Assembly: GCA_017452475.1 (NCBI GenBank)
Contig: JAFTMJ010000003.1
Location: 1 to 63,653 of the forward strand
DNA: 63,653 bases
Source: Clostridia bacterium
GTDB taxonomy: Bacteria > Bacillota > Clostridia > Oscillospirales > CAG-272
Direction of reading: 5' to 3'
Position numbers and translations under genes: made by a program. The notes under the pieces are model-generated. The model was not told the DNA's origin. It saw nothing but the letters and a program-made list of their open reading frames with translations, and ran no database searches. Below, in pieces: positions 18,101 through 28,223 of the stretch. The number at the start of each line of letters is the position of its first letter. Positions within the stretch are counted from its first letter, which is position 1.

Positions 18101-18541
18101 ATGGAATGGGCTTGGCTGGCTCTTGCCATTGGCTTAATGGCTGTGGAGCTCACAACCACACAGCTTGTGTCCGTTTGGTTTGCAATCGGCGCAGGAGTGA
18201 CATCAATAGTTAAGGTTATTTTTTCCTCTCTCGGATTTCCGTGGCAGCTGCTGATTTTCACCTCGGTTTCCTTGGCACTTCTTATCGCAACAAGACCTCT
18301 TGTTAAGCGGTTTTTAGTGAAAAGGGACAGGGCGCACGAAACTAATTTGCAGCTCGTTGTCGGCAAGGATGCTGTGGTAGTGGAGGAAATAAATAATATT
18401 AAGGGCGAGGGCGCAATTAGGATAAACGGTCTTGTTTGGAGCGCCCGTTCGGATGATGATTCTCAAATCCCTGTTGATGAAATCGTCATTTTTAAAGAAA
18501 TAAACGGCAACAAAGCAATTGTATCAAAAAAAGGAGAGTAA
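18101..18541 (+). CDS. NfeD-family short membrane protein
   Basis: N-terminal TMs, G.IRINGLVWSARS OB-fold motif; paired with SPFH gene; promoter TTGACA 18040-18045 / TATACT 18063-18068. Confidence 0.85.
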   Translation: MEWAWLALAIGLMAVELTTTQLVSVWFAIGAGVTSIVKVIFSSLGFPWQLLIFTSVSLALLIATRPLVKRFLVKRDRAHETNLQLVVGKDAVVVEEINNIKGEGAIRINGLVWSARSDDDSQIPVDEIVIFKEINGNKAIVSKKGE

Positions 18542-18544
18542 ATT

Positions 18545-19477
18545 ATGTGGTGGATAATTCCATTGGTTATTGTGGTACTGCTTATAATAGTAGTTATCGC
18601 AAACATTAAAATTGTGCCTCAGTCAAAGGCATATGTAATTGAGCGTCTTGGTGCGTATCATTGTACCTGGGACACAGGCTTACATGTTCTCATTCCTATC
18701 ATTGATAGGGTAGCAAAGCAGGTTTCCTTGAAGGAGCAGGTGGCAGACTTTCCGCCGCAGCCCGTTATTACCAAGGATAATGTAACAATGCAGATAGACA
18801 CAGTTGTGTTCTTCCAAATTACAGACTCTAAGCTTTTCGCATACGGCGTTGAAAATCCGATTGCCGCTATCGAAAACTTAACCGCAACAACCCTTCGTAA
18901 CATCATTGGCGATTTGGAGCTTGACCATACCCTTACATCAAGAGATACAATCAACGCGAAAATCCGTTCCATACTTGACGAGGCAACAGACCCTTGGGGT
19001 ATAAAGATCAACAGGGTAGAGCTTAAGAATATTAAGCCACCGGCTGAAATTCAGGATGCAATGGAAAAGCAAATGAAGGCGGAGCGTCAAAGGCGTGAGG
19101 CTATCCTTCGCGCAGAGGGTGAAAAGTCCAGTAACATCCTTGTTGCGCAGGGTAAAAAGGAGAGCCAAATTCTTGAGGCTGAGGCGGCAAAGCAGGCGGC
19201 TATCCTCCAAGCAGAAGCGGAGAAGGAGGCAAGGATCAGAAGGGCAGAGGGTGAGGCTGAGGCTATTCTCAAAATCAACCAAGCGCAGGCTGAATCCATT
19301 AAGCTGATTAATGACGCAAATCCTGGCAATGAGTACCTAACCCTTAAGAAGCTTGAATCCTTTGAAAAGGTTTCTGACGGTAAGGCGACAAAGGTTATTA
19401 TCCCAAGCGACCTTCAAGGCGTTGTGGGCTTAGTTAACACTATTGCAGAAAGCACAGCTGACAAAAAGAATAACTAA
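18545..19477 (+). CDS. SPFH/Band 7 (stomatin/QmcA-like) protein
   Basis: VIERLG, ITKDNV, LRNIIG, WGIKINRVE, AERQRR coiled coil. Confidence 0.92.
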   Translation: MWWIIPLVIVVLLIIVVIANIKIVPQSKAYVIERLGAYHCTWDTGLHVLIPIIDRVAKQVSLKEQVADFPPQPVITKDNVTMQIDTVVFFQITDSKLFAYGVENPIAAIENLTATTLRNIIGDLELDHTLTSRDTINAKIRSILDEATDPWGIKINRVELKNIKPPAEIQDAMEKQMKAERQRREAILRAEGEKSSNILVAQGKKESQILEAEAAKQAAILQAEAEKEARIRRAEGEAEAILKINQAQAESIKLINDANPGNEYLTLKKLESFEKVSDGKATKVIIPSDLQGVVGLVNTIAESTADKKNN

Positions 19478-19480
19478 AAC

Positions 19481-19514
19481 AAAAGCATACAGGCGCTAAC
19501 CTGTATGCTTTTTT
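19481..19514. terminator. Bidirectional intrinsic terminator
   Basis: AAAAGCATACAGG-N6-CCTGTATGCTTTT. Confidence 0.85.
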
Positions 19515-19521
19515 GAATATA

Positions 19522-20826
19522 TTAGATTAATTTGCCGTAAACAAATTCGCCGTCTGTATGGGTCGGCTCTACAAAAAGGAATTCACACTTGCGTGGACGG
19601 TCGCTTTCAACCTTTACCTCAACAAAGCTTGGAGTGTGCCCTGAAATGTAGGTGCCGTCAAAGCTTTCGAATAACACTTCGATTTTAGGGTTTTGCTTGA
19701 TATAATCCTCAAGTAAAGCCTTTTTTATCACTTTTTGTTGGTGGCTTAGCTTGTGCAAGCGCGCCTTCTTAATCTCTTCAGGCACCTGGTTCTTCATTTC
19801 TGCGGCAGGGGTGCCATTTCTTTTGGAGTAGGGGAAAATGTGCAGATGAAGGAATTTTTCATTTTCAAAAAACTCAAGGGTTTTTGAAAAATCCTCCTCT
19901 GTTTCATTTGGAAAGCCTGTAATAACATCGGCTGAGAGCATTATGTTGGGTATGCATTTGCGCAAATAACCAATATTTTTCTTCGCCATATCAATATTGT
20001 ATTTACGCTTCATCTCGTTAAGGGTTTTGGTGCATCCGCTTTGCATTGAAATGTGGAAATGAGGCATTAGCTTGTCCGCATTTTTTATTTTATCCACAAA
20101 TTCCTTGGTAATGCTTGCAGGGTCAAGGGAGCCTAAGCGAATTCTTTTTAAATCCTCAATTTCGTTAACCTCAAGTATCAAATCCCCGAGGGAGTGTCCG
20201 TTTTTGAGGTCTTTTCCGTATGCGGCGGTTTCGATTCCCGTTAGCACAATTTCACGGCAACCCTCATTAACCACTGTGTTAACATCCGTCATCACGTCCT
20301 CCTTGCTTGCGGAGCGCACGCAGCCCCTTGCGTAAGGGATGATGCAGTATGCACACTTGGAGTTGCAGCCGTCCTGTATCTTAATAAAAGCACGCACGCG
20401 GACAAGAGGTGCGCCAACACGCATAGTGTCAAACTTGCTGCTGTAAATGTCACTCATGCAAAGCGTACACTCTTCTTTTCTGTTCCTTGCCAATTCTAAT
20501 GCCATTTTGGCAATTTTAGATTTGTCATTGTTACCGCAAACCAAGCTAACCCCGGGAATTTTCATGGCGTTTTGTGGGTTTATCTGTGAGTAACAGCCTG
20601 TAACCACAGTAACCGCGTGGGGATTTTTGGATATGAGCCGCCTTATAATTTGCTTTGACTTTCTGTCGCTTTCGTGGGTGACGGAGCAGGTGTTTATAAT
20701 GCAAATGTCGCAGGGGTCCTCGTGCCCGACGATTTCAACGCCGCTCTTTGAAAGCTCACGCATTATAGCATCGCTTTCATATTGATTAACCCTACAGCCA
20801 AGGGTATATATGCAAGCCTTTAGCAT
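19522..20826 (-). CDS. mtaB: tRNA (N6-threonylcarbamoyl-A37) methylthiotransferase
   Basis: TLGCRVNQYES, NTCSVT, radical SAM GCNSKCAYC, FPYSKRNGTPAA. Confidence 0.88.
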   Translation of the reverse strand: MLKACIYTLGCRVNQYESDAIMRELSKSGVEIVGHEDPCDICIINTCSVTHESDRKSKQIIRRLISKNPHAVTVVTGCYSQINPQNAMKIPGVSLVCGNNDKSKIAKMALELARNRKEECTLCMSDIYSSKFDTMRVGAPLVRVRAFIKIQDGCNSKCAYCIIPYARGCVRSASKEDVMTDVNTVVNEGCREIVLTGIETAAYGKDLKNGHSLGDLILEVNEIEDLKRIRLGSLDPASITKEFVDKIKNADKLMPHFHISMQSGCTKTLNEMKRKYNIDMAKKNIGYLRKCIPNIMLSADVITGFPNETEEDFSKTLEFFENEKFLHLHIFPYSKRNGTPAAEMKNQVPEEIKKARLHKLSHQQKVIKKALLEDYIKQNPKIEVLFESFDGTYISGHTPSFVEVKVESDRPRKCEFLFVEPTHTDGEFVYGKLI

Positions 20827-20964
20827 GAAAAGCCCCTCCTTTTAAGCATTTTTACCTATTTTATCACATATGAGCCCCAAAGTAAACAAAAAATCAAAAA
20901 AATTACTTGAAATGAGGGGGAAAATACAATATAATAAAATAAAGAAAGCTATTTTAGAGGAAAA

Positions 20965-21966
20965 ATGAGAGAATTTATAATTAATAAAAACGATGCAGGT
21001 CAACGTCTTGACAAGTTTGTTTTAAAGGCTGTCAAGGGTATGCCTGTTTCCTTGATGTATAAGGCAATTCGATTGAAAAAAATCAAGGTTAACAGAAAAA
21101 GGGCGGAGCAAAAGCAGGTTTTAGCCGAGGGGGACATTGTTCAAATGTTCCTAAGCGAGGATTTGTTTAGTGAAAGGGTAACCGACAACGAGCTTTTAAC
21201 GGTAAAAACCGACCTTAATATTGTTTACGAGGATGAAAATGTCCTTGTTTGCGATAAGGCGCCGGGAATTTTGGTTCATAGCGGCGACGGGGACGGTAAA
21301 ACAAGTGGTGACGGAGATGTGGGGGATAGAAACACCTTGATTTACCACATTCAGGCTTACCTTGCCCAAAAGGGAGAATATAATCCTGCAAAGGAGCAGT
21401 CCTTTGCCCCTGCTCTGTGCAACCGTATTGACAGAAATACAGGTGGTATGGTTATCGCTGCAAAGAATGCGCAAGCTCTTCGCGATGTTAACGAAAGGAT
21501 TAAAAATAACCAAATCACAAAGAAATATTTGTGCGTTGTTCACGGCGCATTACCGCAAAAATCAGACACTCTTAGGGACTTTTTGATAAAAGACAGTAAG
21601 AACAACAGGGTTCGCGTGCTTAAAAACAGGGCGCAGGGCGCCAAGGAAATTGTAACAGGCTACACCCTGCTTTCTCACAACAAGGAGAGAAATTTATCAT
21701 TGGTGGAGGTTCAGCTTTTTACAGGTCGCACCCATCAAATCAGAGCGCATATGGCATCAATCGGCAACCCGCTTTTGGGGGATGGCAAGTATGCTAAAAA
21801 CGGTGATGACAGGCAGCTTGGATACAAGCATCAAGCGCTATATTCATACAAGCTTACCTTTGAAAATGCCGAGGACAGCCTATCATATTTGAACGGCAAA
21901 ACCTTGACGGTTAAAAGGAGCAGTGTCTATTTTTTGAGAGAATTCAAGGATTTTGTATTAAAATAA
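20965..21966 (+). CDS. RluA-family pseudouridine synthase with S4 domain (RluC-like)
   Basis: GQRLDKF, NRIDRNTGG, TGRTHQIRAH, LGDGKY. Confidence 0.9.
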   Translation: MREFIINKNDAGQRLDKFVLKAVKGMPVSLMYKAIRLKKIKVNRKRAEQKQVLAEGDIVQMFLSEDLFSERVTDNELLTVKTDLNIVYEDENVLVCDKAPGILVHSGDGDGKTSGDGDVGDRNTLIYHIQAYLAQKGEYNPAKEQSFAPALCNRIDRNTGGMVIAAKNAQALRDVNERIKNNQITKKYLCVVHGALPQKSDTLRDFLIKDSKNNRVRVLKNRAQGAKEIVTGYTLLSHNKERNLSLVEVQLFTGRTHQIRAHMASIGNPLLGDGKYAKNGDDRQLGYKHQALYSYKLTFENAEDSLSYLNGKTLTVKRSSVYFLREFKDFVLK

Positions 21967-22067
21967 TGAAAATTATTCGCAAAAACTGTTGACATCTATT
22001 TTATTTTGATATATAATTTAATATATAATACTTTAGTTATTTCTTACATTCTAAGGAGGTTTCGCTA

Positions 22068-23177
22068 ATGAGTGAAAATAAGGACAGAAAAAATACCGCT
22101 TCAATTTCAGAAAATTCAGTTTTAGCAAATAGCAAGCGCGGTTTCCCATTCAAAAAGGTTTTCTTTGCTATTTTGGTAGCCTTGGTTGTTATTTCAATCA
22201 TCCTGTTGGTTATCAACATAGTTATCAATAGCTATTTTAGTAAGGTTAAGGTGTATGACGGTGAGATTACCATCAATAAGGAATTGATGGACAAAATGCC
22301 GATTTACAAGGACAACAAGGCATATTTTGCAAAGAATGAGAGCTTGCATGCGGCATATGATGCAGCACTCCTCAACTATGCTCAGGCTTCATCCGATGCA
22401 AGGGAAGATGAGAATGTGTTTAACTATGCAATCTTCGGTACTGACCAATATGACGGCTCTAAGGAAACAGCAAGCGCTGACATTATTATGTTGGCTTCCG
22501 TAAATGAGGAAAAGGACTTTGTTACTTACCTTTCATTTGAAACAAAAATGTTCGTTTACATCCCCGGTGTTGGCGTTGGTCCAATGAGTGATGCTTATCT
22601 TTTGGGCGGTCCACAGCTCTTGGCAAATACAATCGAGCAGAATTACGGTATAAAGGTTAACGGCTTTATCGACCTTAATATGTCTGCATTCAGCCAGCTT
22701 ATCGACCTTTTCGGCAATGTTGAGTTTAAGGCTGACAAGGCGTTTGTTGATGAGCTTAACGAGGATATCAAGCTATTTAACGAGGCAAAGAAGCTTACAG
22801 GGGACAAGGCAGTTAAGCCTGCAACTCTTAAGAACGGTAAGGTTTCCTTGGACGGTGACCAAACACTTGCATACCTAAGAAACGCAAGCTCTGAAAAGTC
22901 AAGAATAGCTAATGATGTTTTAGCTCAGATTACCGCAAAGATTTACGAGCAGGGTCTTGGCGGCGCAAAGACAACACTTGATATTGCCCTTGAGGAAATG
23001 ACAGTTTCACTCTCAAGAGATGATGTTGGTGCCCTTGTTTCAATAGGTACATCCGTTCTTGGCAGTGTTAAGGCTATTCCTGTTGGTAATATGGAGGGTA
23101 GAACACAAATCAGCGGTGGTTACACTTGTAACTATGCGGCTGAAAGAGCAGCAGTTATTAGAATGCTTTATCAATAA
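22068..23177 (+). CDS. LCP (LytR-CpsA-Psr) family protein
   Basis: Single N-terminal TM, ADIIMLAS, AYLLGGP, LDGDQTLAYLR. Confidence 0.75.
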   Translation: MSENKDRKNTASISENSVLANSKRGFPFKKVFFAILVALVVISIILLVINIVINSYFSKVKVYDGEITINKELMDKMPIYKDNKAYFAKNESLHAAYDAALLNYAQASSDAREDENVFNYAIFGTDQYDGSKETASADIIMLASVNEEKDFVTYLSFETKMFVYIPGVGVGPMSDAYLLGGPQLLANTIEQNYGIKVNGFIDLNMSAFSQLIDLFGNVEFKADKAFVDELNEDIKLFNEAKKLTGDKAVKPATLKNGKVSLDGDQTLAYLRNASSEKSRIANDVLAQITAKIYEQGLGGAKTTLDIALEEMTVSLSRDDVGALVSIGTSVLGSVKAIPVGNMEGRTQISGGYTCNYAAERAAVIRMLYQ

Positions 23178-23183
23178 AAAATC

Positions 23184-23208
23184 AAAGCTGACCCTTGCGG
23201 TCAGCTTT
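23184..23208 (+). terminator. Intrinsic terminator after LCP gene
   Basis: AAAGCTGACC-CTTGC-GGTCAGCTTT. Confidence 0.75.
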
Positions 23209-23221
23209 ATTTTAGGAGGGA

Positions 23222-23251
23222 TGTCACCCAATTGGGTGAACGCGGGTGACG
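23222..23251. promoter_or_regulatory. Candidate BirA operator
   Basis: GTCACCC-N14-GGGTGAC inverted repeat 10 bp upstream of birA; arm and spacer architecture like TGTnAAC-N14/16-GTTnACA. Confidence 0.45.
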
Positions 23252-23260
23252 AAAATATAA

Positions 23261-24226
23261 ATGGATACAAGAAAAGCTGTATTAGATATGCTATTTAAGG
23301 CGAACGGGGAAATATCGGGAGAGGAGCTAGCTAACCGAATGGGCATTAGCCGTAACTCCGTTTGGAAGGCGGTAAACGGGCTAAAAAAACAGGGCTATTC
23401 CATTGCTTCATCAAAGCAGGGGTACCGCTTGGTGGATGACGGTAGGTTTAATGAATATAGCATCAAAGCACACTTGAATGACGAGCATAATATTTATATA
23501 TATAAGAAGGAAACATCGTCAAACACGGTTGCAAAGGAACTTTGCCGTGATGGAGAAGGGGAGGGAAGCGTTGTTATTGTGGAGTCCCAAACCGCAGGCA
23601 AGGGCAGAATGGGCAGGAGCTTTATTTCGGAAAGCGAAAACGGGCTTTATATGTCCATTATTTTGCGTCCAACCATCCCCGCTGACAGGTGCGTAAACAT
23701 CACTGTTTTGTGCGCCGTTTCCGTGCTTGAGGCTATCGAAAAGCTAACGGGCAAGGAATGCCGCATTAAGTGGGTAAATGACATTTATATTGGGGACAAA
23801 AAATGCTGTGGCATCTTAACCGAGGCGTCAATAGATTTTGAAAGCGGCGCAATGCAATATGCGGTTGTCGGCATTGGTGTCAATATGTGTCCTCCAAAGG
23901 GCGGCTTTGACAAGGACATTGCCGATATTGCCTGTGGAATTTATGAAAATGAATGTCCCCACGGCTTTAAGGCTAAGCTTTGCGCAGAGATTATCAACCG
24001 CTTTTTCCATCATTACAGGTGCATAGAAAACAAGGAATATATAAACCTATACCGTGAAAAATCCAACATAATAGGCAACCCTGTGGATGTTTTTGTGGGT
24101 GAAAGAGTTATAAGCGGTATTGCGGTTGATATCGACTGTGATGCTCGCCTTGTGGTTAAAGATGATAGTGGGGTATCACATTCCTTCAGCTCGGGTGAAG
24201 CAAGGGTTAAAAGGCAGGGGAAATGA
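23261..24226 (+). CDS. birA: Bifunctional biotin--protein ligase/repressor
   Basis: N-terminal HTH (ISGEELA...SRNSVWKAV), QTAGKGRMGR, KWVND, GIGVN. Confidence 0.92.
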   Translation: MDTRKAVLDMLFKANGEISGEELANRMGISRNSVWKAVNGLKKQGYSIASSKQGYRLVDDGRFNEYSIKAHLNDEHNIYIYKKETSSNTVAKELCRDGEGEGSVVIVESQTAGKGRMGRSFISESENGLYMSIILRPTIPADRCVNITVLCAVSVLEAIEKLTGKECRIKWVNDIYIGDKKCCGILTEASIDFESGAMQYAVVGIGVNMCPPKGGFDKDIADIACGIYENECPHGFKAKLCAEIINRFFHHYRCIENKEYINLYREKSNIIGNPVDVFVGERVISGIAVDIDCDARLVVKDDSGVSHSFSSGEARVKRQGK

Positions 24227-24744
24227 TGAAGCGCGAAAGAATAAGGGACATTACCTTTGTGGCGCTGTGTGTGGCAATTATGGCGGTTGTTTCTCAGCTT
24301 GCTATTCCCTTCGGTCCTGTGCCTTTTACCCTTCAGGCTTTTGCCGTTTCCTTGATTGGCTATTTTTTGGGATTAAAAAGGGGCTTGGCTGCGGTGGCTG
24401 TTTATATTGCGGTAGGGGCAGTTGGAGTACCTGTTTTTGCAGGCTTTAACGGTGGCTTTGGTGCCTTAATTAGCTACACAGGGGGCTTCATCTTTGGATA
24501 TTTGCCCTTTGTGTGTCTGTGCGCCTTAGGTAAAGCAGGATGGCAAAAAATATGCTTTGGCAGCTGTGGCTTACTCCTGTGTCACCTTGTTGGGGTTATA
24601 CAGTATATGCTTTTATCAAGCCTTAGCCTGTGGGTGTCATTTTTTACAGTGTCACTGCCATTTTTGTTAAAGGACATTATCCTTGTTATCGGAGCGTATT
24701 TTGTTAGCAAAGCTTTAAATAAAAGACTAAAAAATACGGCATAG
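24223..24744 (+). CDS. bioY: Biotin ECF S-component
   Basis: PVPFTLQ, G.PVFAGF.GG, TGGFIFG; follows birA. Confidence 0.92.
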   Translation: MMKRERIRDITFVALCVAIMAVVSQLAIPFGPVPFTLQAFAVSLIGYFLGLKRGLAAVAVYIAVGAVGVPVFAGFNGGFGALISYTGGFIFGYLPFVCLCALGKAGWQKICFGSCGLLLCHLVGVIQYMLLSSLSLWVSFFTVSLPFLLKDIILVIGAYFVSKALNKRLKNTA

Positions 24745-24766
24745 ACAGTGCATCTATGCCGTATTT

Positions 24767-25444
24767 TTATATTTCGTTAACGCTGTTCCAATTAATTGGC
24801 TCTTGCTTTGTGCTAATTAAGAATTCATTCGCCTTAGAAAAATGCCTGCAACCGAAAAAGCCTCCGTAGGCAGAAAGAGGGGAAGGATGTACCGTTTCCA
24901 GCACCAAATGATGCTTGTTAGTAATAAAAGCCTTTTTGCTCCTTGCGTTGCCACCCCAAAGGAGAAAAACAATGGGGCGTGGGCTTTCGTTCAGCGCCTT
25001 AATCACATTGTCGGTAAAGGTTGCCCAGCCGATTTTTTGGTGGCTGTTTGCCTGCCCCTGCCTAACTGTCAGCGTGGCATTTAAAAGCAAAACACCTTGC
25101 CGTGCCCAGGAGGTCAGCTCCCCGTGGCTTGGTATATCCATTCCAATGTCATCGTGCAGCTCTTTATATATGTTTACAAGAGAAGGAGGAATTTTCACCC
25201 CCTGCTTAACAGAAAAGGAAAGACCGTGGGCTTGCCCCACCTCGTGGTATGGGTCTTGACCTAAAATAACAACCTTAGTGCCCGAAAAGGCGGTGAATTT
25301 CAATGCGTTAAATATATCGTGCATGGGTGGAAAAATAATTCGCGTGGCATACTCACTTTTTAAAAACTCACGTATTTTTAAATAGTAGGGCTTTTTAAAT
25401 TCGTCGCGCAAAATCTCATCCCAATCGTTACCTAAGTGTACCAT
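24767..25444 (-). CDS. ung: Uracil-DNA glycosylase family 1
   Basis: GQDPYH, PPSLVNI, GVLLLN, HPSPLS. Confidence 0.96.
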   Translation of the reverse strand: MVHLGNDWDEILRDEFKKPYYLKIREFLKSEYATRIIFPPMHDIFNALKFTAFSGTKVVILGQDPYHEVGQAHGLSFSVKQGVKIPPSLVNIYKELHDDIGMDIPSHGELTSWARQGVLLLNATLTVRQGQANSHQKIGWATFTDNVIKALNESPRPIVFLLWGGNARSKKAFITNKHHLVLETVHPSPLSAYGGFFGCRHFSKANEFLISTKQEPINWNSVNEI

Positions 25445-25583
25445 AAAATCACCTCAGTTAAATGTTACCATTTTTGATGTTTTTTGTCAATAAATTTTCT
25501 CTATTTACTTGAAATATGTGGGGTCATATGATATACTTGATTATGTAGGAAAACTACAATTTTTATATTCAAGGAGTATTGAA

Positions 25584-26324
25584 ATGATTAGAGTAACAGT
25601 TTGGAACGAGTATTGTCATGAGCAAGAGGAAGAAAGAATTAGGAAGGTGTATCCAAAGGGAATACACAGTGCTATTGCTGAATTCCTCGGCGCAAATGAG
25701 GATATCGAGGTTACAACCGCAACACTTTATGATGAAAATAAACAGTTAAGACCCAATGCAGGCATTACAGATGAATTGCTTGCCAATACAGATGTTATGT
25801 TCTGGTGGGGACATGTTAGACACGGTGAGGTGCCTGACGAAATTGCAATTAAGGTTAAGGAGGCTGTTCTTTCGGGAATGGGTATTGTTTTCCTTCACTC
25901 CGCACACCACTCCAAGCCCTTCAAGCTTTTGATGGGTACAACCTGTAACCTTGGCTGGAGAGAAAGCGACGATAAGGAAAGGCTTTGGATTCTTGACCAT
26001 AACCATCCGATTATGGCAGGCATCGAGGGCAGATATTTTGAGCTTGAGACTGAGGAAACATATACTGAGCCGTTTGGCGTTCCCGACCCTGATAAGCTTC
26101 TTTTGATTGGCTGGTACAACGGCGGTGAGGTTTTCCGTTCAGGCTGTATTTGGAGGCGTGAAAACGGTAAGATTTTCTACTTCCAGCCCGGTCACGAGTC
26201 CTACCCAACCTTCTATAACCCAACAGTACAGAAGATTTTGACAAACGCGGCTCGTTGGACAGCGCCTATTTGCCCAAGAATGCCACTTGAGTGCCCTTGG
26301 GTTGCAAGATTAGAGGAGAAATAA
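25584..26324 (+). CDS. ThuA-like (trehalose utilization) domain protein
   Basis: RVTVWNE, YPKGIH, WWGH, GIVFLHSAH, FQPGHE; start set at MIRVT. Confidence 0.88.
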   Translation: MIRVTVWNEYCHEQEEERIRKVYPKGIHSAIAEFLGANEDIEVTTATLYDENKQLRPNAGITDELLANTDVMFWWGHVRHGEVPDEIAIKVKEAVLSGMGIVFLHSAHHSKPFKLLMGTTCNLGWRESDDKERLWILDHNHPIMAGIEGRYFELETEETYTEPFGVPDPDKLLLIGWYNGGEVFRSGCIWRRENGKIFYFQPGHESYPTFYNPTVQKILTNAARWTAPICPRMPLECPWVARLEEK

Positions 26325-27346
26325 TGCTTAAGTTTGGAATAATCGGCGTGGGCAAAATCTGCCAAGGCTGTCACTTGCCCGCTTATGATAAAATTGATGA
26401 TGTAGAAATAGTTGCCCTTTGCGACATTAACGAAGAAAGGCTTAAGCAGGTTGGGGAAAAGTACCCAAATGCCAAGCTTTACACAAGCTATGAGGAAATG
26501 ATTAATAAAGAGGAGCTTGATGCGGTTGACATCTGCACCCCAAACAACATTCACTCTAAGGCAGCGGTTTACGCCCTTGACCACGGCTTGAATGTGCTGT
26601 GCGAAAAGCCCGATGCGGTTAGCGTTAGCGAGGCAGAGAAGATGAAGGCGTCTGCTGAAAAAAGCGGCAAGACCTTAATGGTTATTAGGAACAACCGCTA
26701 TCGTCCCTCCACAAAGTTCCTAAAGCAATATATTGCCGAGGGCAAGATGGGTGAGATTTACGCAGGTAGGTGCGGCTGGATTAGGCGCCGTGGCATCCCG
26801 GGCTGGGGCGGTTGGTTTACCGATAAGGCACAGGCGGGCGGCGGACCCTTGATTGACTTGGGTGTTCACATTATCGACCTTTCTATGTACTTAATGGGCA
26901 ACGCAAAGCCTGTTACCGTTAGCGGCTGTACATATCTTAAGTTCCCTCATACCTCCTATTCGAAAATAGATGTTGAGGATTTGGCAATGGGCTTTATCCG
27001 CTTTGATAACGGCGCTTGCTTGCAAATCGAGTTCTCTTGGGCTTCCAATATTCCCGGGGACCAAATGTTTGTCGAGCTTCGCGGAACGAAGGCAGGCTCA
27101 AGGATGTCAGGCATTGACAGGAAGTTTGAAATATTCACCGAGGAGTGTGGAGTTAACACATACCTCCGCCCCGACATTGACGACTATAACTGTCCTCCCC
27201 ATCACGAGCAGAATATAAGGCACTTTATTGATGTTATAAACGGCAAAGCCGAGCCGGACTTCACCCCCGAGCAGGGACTTAATATGGTTAAAATTCTTGA
27301 AGCTCTTTATAAGTCTGCAGAGCTTGGGCACGAAATTCAGCTATAA
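26324..27346 (+). CDS. Gfo/Idh/MocA family oxidoreductase
   Basis: GIIGVG, ICTPN, LCEKP, GGGPLIDLGVH; TAATG overlap with upstream stop. Confidence 0.92.
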   Translation: MLKFGIIGVGKICQGCHLPAYDKIDDVEIVALCDINEERLKQVGEKYPNAKLYTSYEEMINKEELDAVDICTPNNIHSKAAVYALDHGLNVLCEKPDAVSVSEAEKMKASAEKSGKTLMVIRNNRYRPSTKFLKQYIAEGKMGEIYAGRCGWIRRRGIPGWGGWFTDKAQAGGGPLIDLGVHIIDLSMYLMGNAKPVTVSGCTYLKFPHTSYSKIDVEDLAMGFIRFDNGACLQIEFSWASNIPGDQMFVELRGTKAGSRMSGIDRKFEIFTEECGVNTYLRPDIDDYNCPPHHEQNIRHFIDVINGKAEPDFTPEQGLNMVKILEALYKSAELGHEIQL

Positions 27347-27399
27347 AATTAAAATCCATCAGCAACGCGCAAACCGCATAATGCTGATGGATTTTTTTG

Positions 27400-27735
27400 T
27401 TATTCGTTAATGTTGATAAGAGTAATAGGCTTTGATTTTTCCTTCGCCTTGGTAACGGTATAGTTAGTTCCTCTTGATTTGCCGTCCCAAATTACCAGCA
27501 CGGAGTCAGCTATATCAATCATTTCCTCGTTGCGCTTTAAGGGCGCGCCTTTGCCGAATCTGTTATATTGCGGTCTTAAAACAAGCTTGGATATGTTATG
27601 CTTATCTGCATATTTTTCCGCTACCGTGTCAACACCCTTAGCCCCACCTGTTATAATAAGCTCCACATTGCTTGGAATATAATCATCTAAATCAAACTCT
27701 GCAATGGAACGTGATCCTGCAATTAACAGCTTCAT
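27400..27735 (-). CDS. SLOG-superfamily protein (DUF2493/YspA-like)
   Basis: IAGSR, ITGGAKGVD, APLKRN..M, WDGKSRGT motifs. Confidence 0.78.
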   Translation of the reverse strand: MKLLIAGSRSIAEFDLDDYIPSNVELIITGGAKGVDTVAEKYADKHNISKLVLRPQYNRFGKGAPLKRNEEMIDIADSVLVIWDGKSRGTNYTVTKAKEKSKPITLININE

Positions 27736-27877
27736 AATTTACCTCGCTCTTTTATATGTATTCCTATAAATCACCTTTGTTATATTAGATGAAATATAAT
27801 AATGATTGTATTTTATCATATAATTTACAAATTGTAAATAGGATATAATAAAATAAAGTAATTATTGGAGGTAAAAT

Positions 27878-28114
27878 ATGCTGGATAGTCAATACAAAAT
27901 GAATTTGATTAAGATAGGTTTAAAAATTGCATATTATAGAAAGCTCCAAGGTATGACACAGGAAGAATTGGCAGAGGCATGCGATATATCGGCAGGATAT
28001 TTAGCACAATTAGAAGGACCAAACAGCTATTTTTGTCCTTCGCTAAAGACTCTCTTTAAAATTGCTGAGGTTTTGGGCACAACAGTGTCGAAGCTTACCG
28101 ATATTGATGATTAA
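27878..28114 (+). CDS. XRE-family HTH transcriptional regulator
   Basis: YRKLQGMTQEELAE...YLAQLE...PSLKTL..IAEVLG. Confidence 0.9.
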   Translation: MLDSQYKMNLIKIGLKIAYYRKLQGMTQEELAEACDISAGYLAQLEGPNSYFCPSLKTLFKIAEVLGTTVSKLTDIDD

Positions 28115-28223
28115 TATTTGAAAAATTGCTCGGCAGAGATGCCGAGCAATTACTTTCATACTATTGATTTTTATTGTATATTGTGGTAAAATAAGTAAAA
28201 GCAAAAATAAGGAGGCTTATCCT

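Noticed and set aside
23221-23298. Leader uORF MSPNWV... overlapping the birA start
   Set aside because: AGGAGG ends 1 nt before this ATG, too close for a functional SD, and the peptide has no coding features
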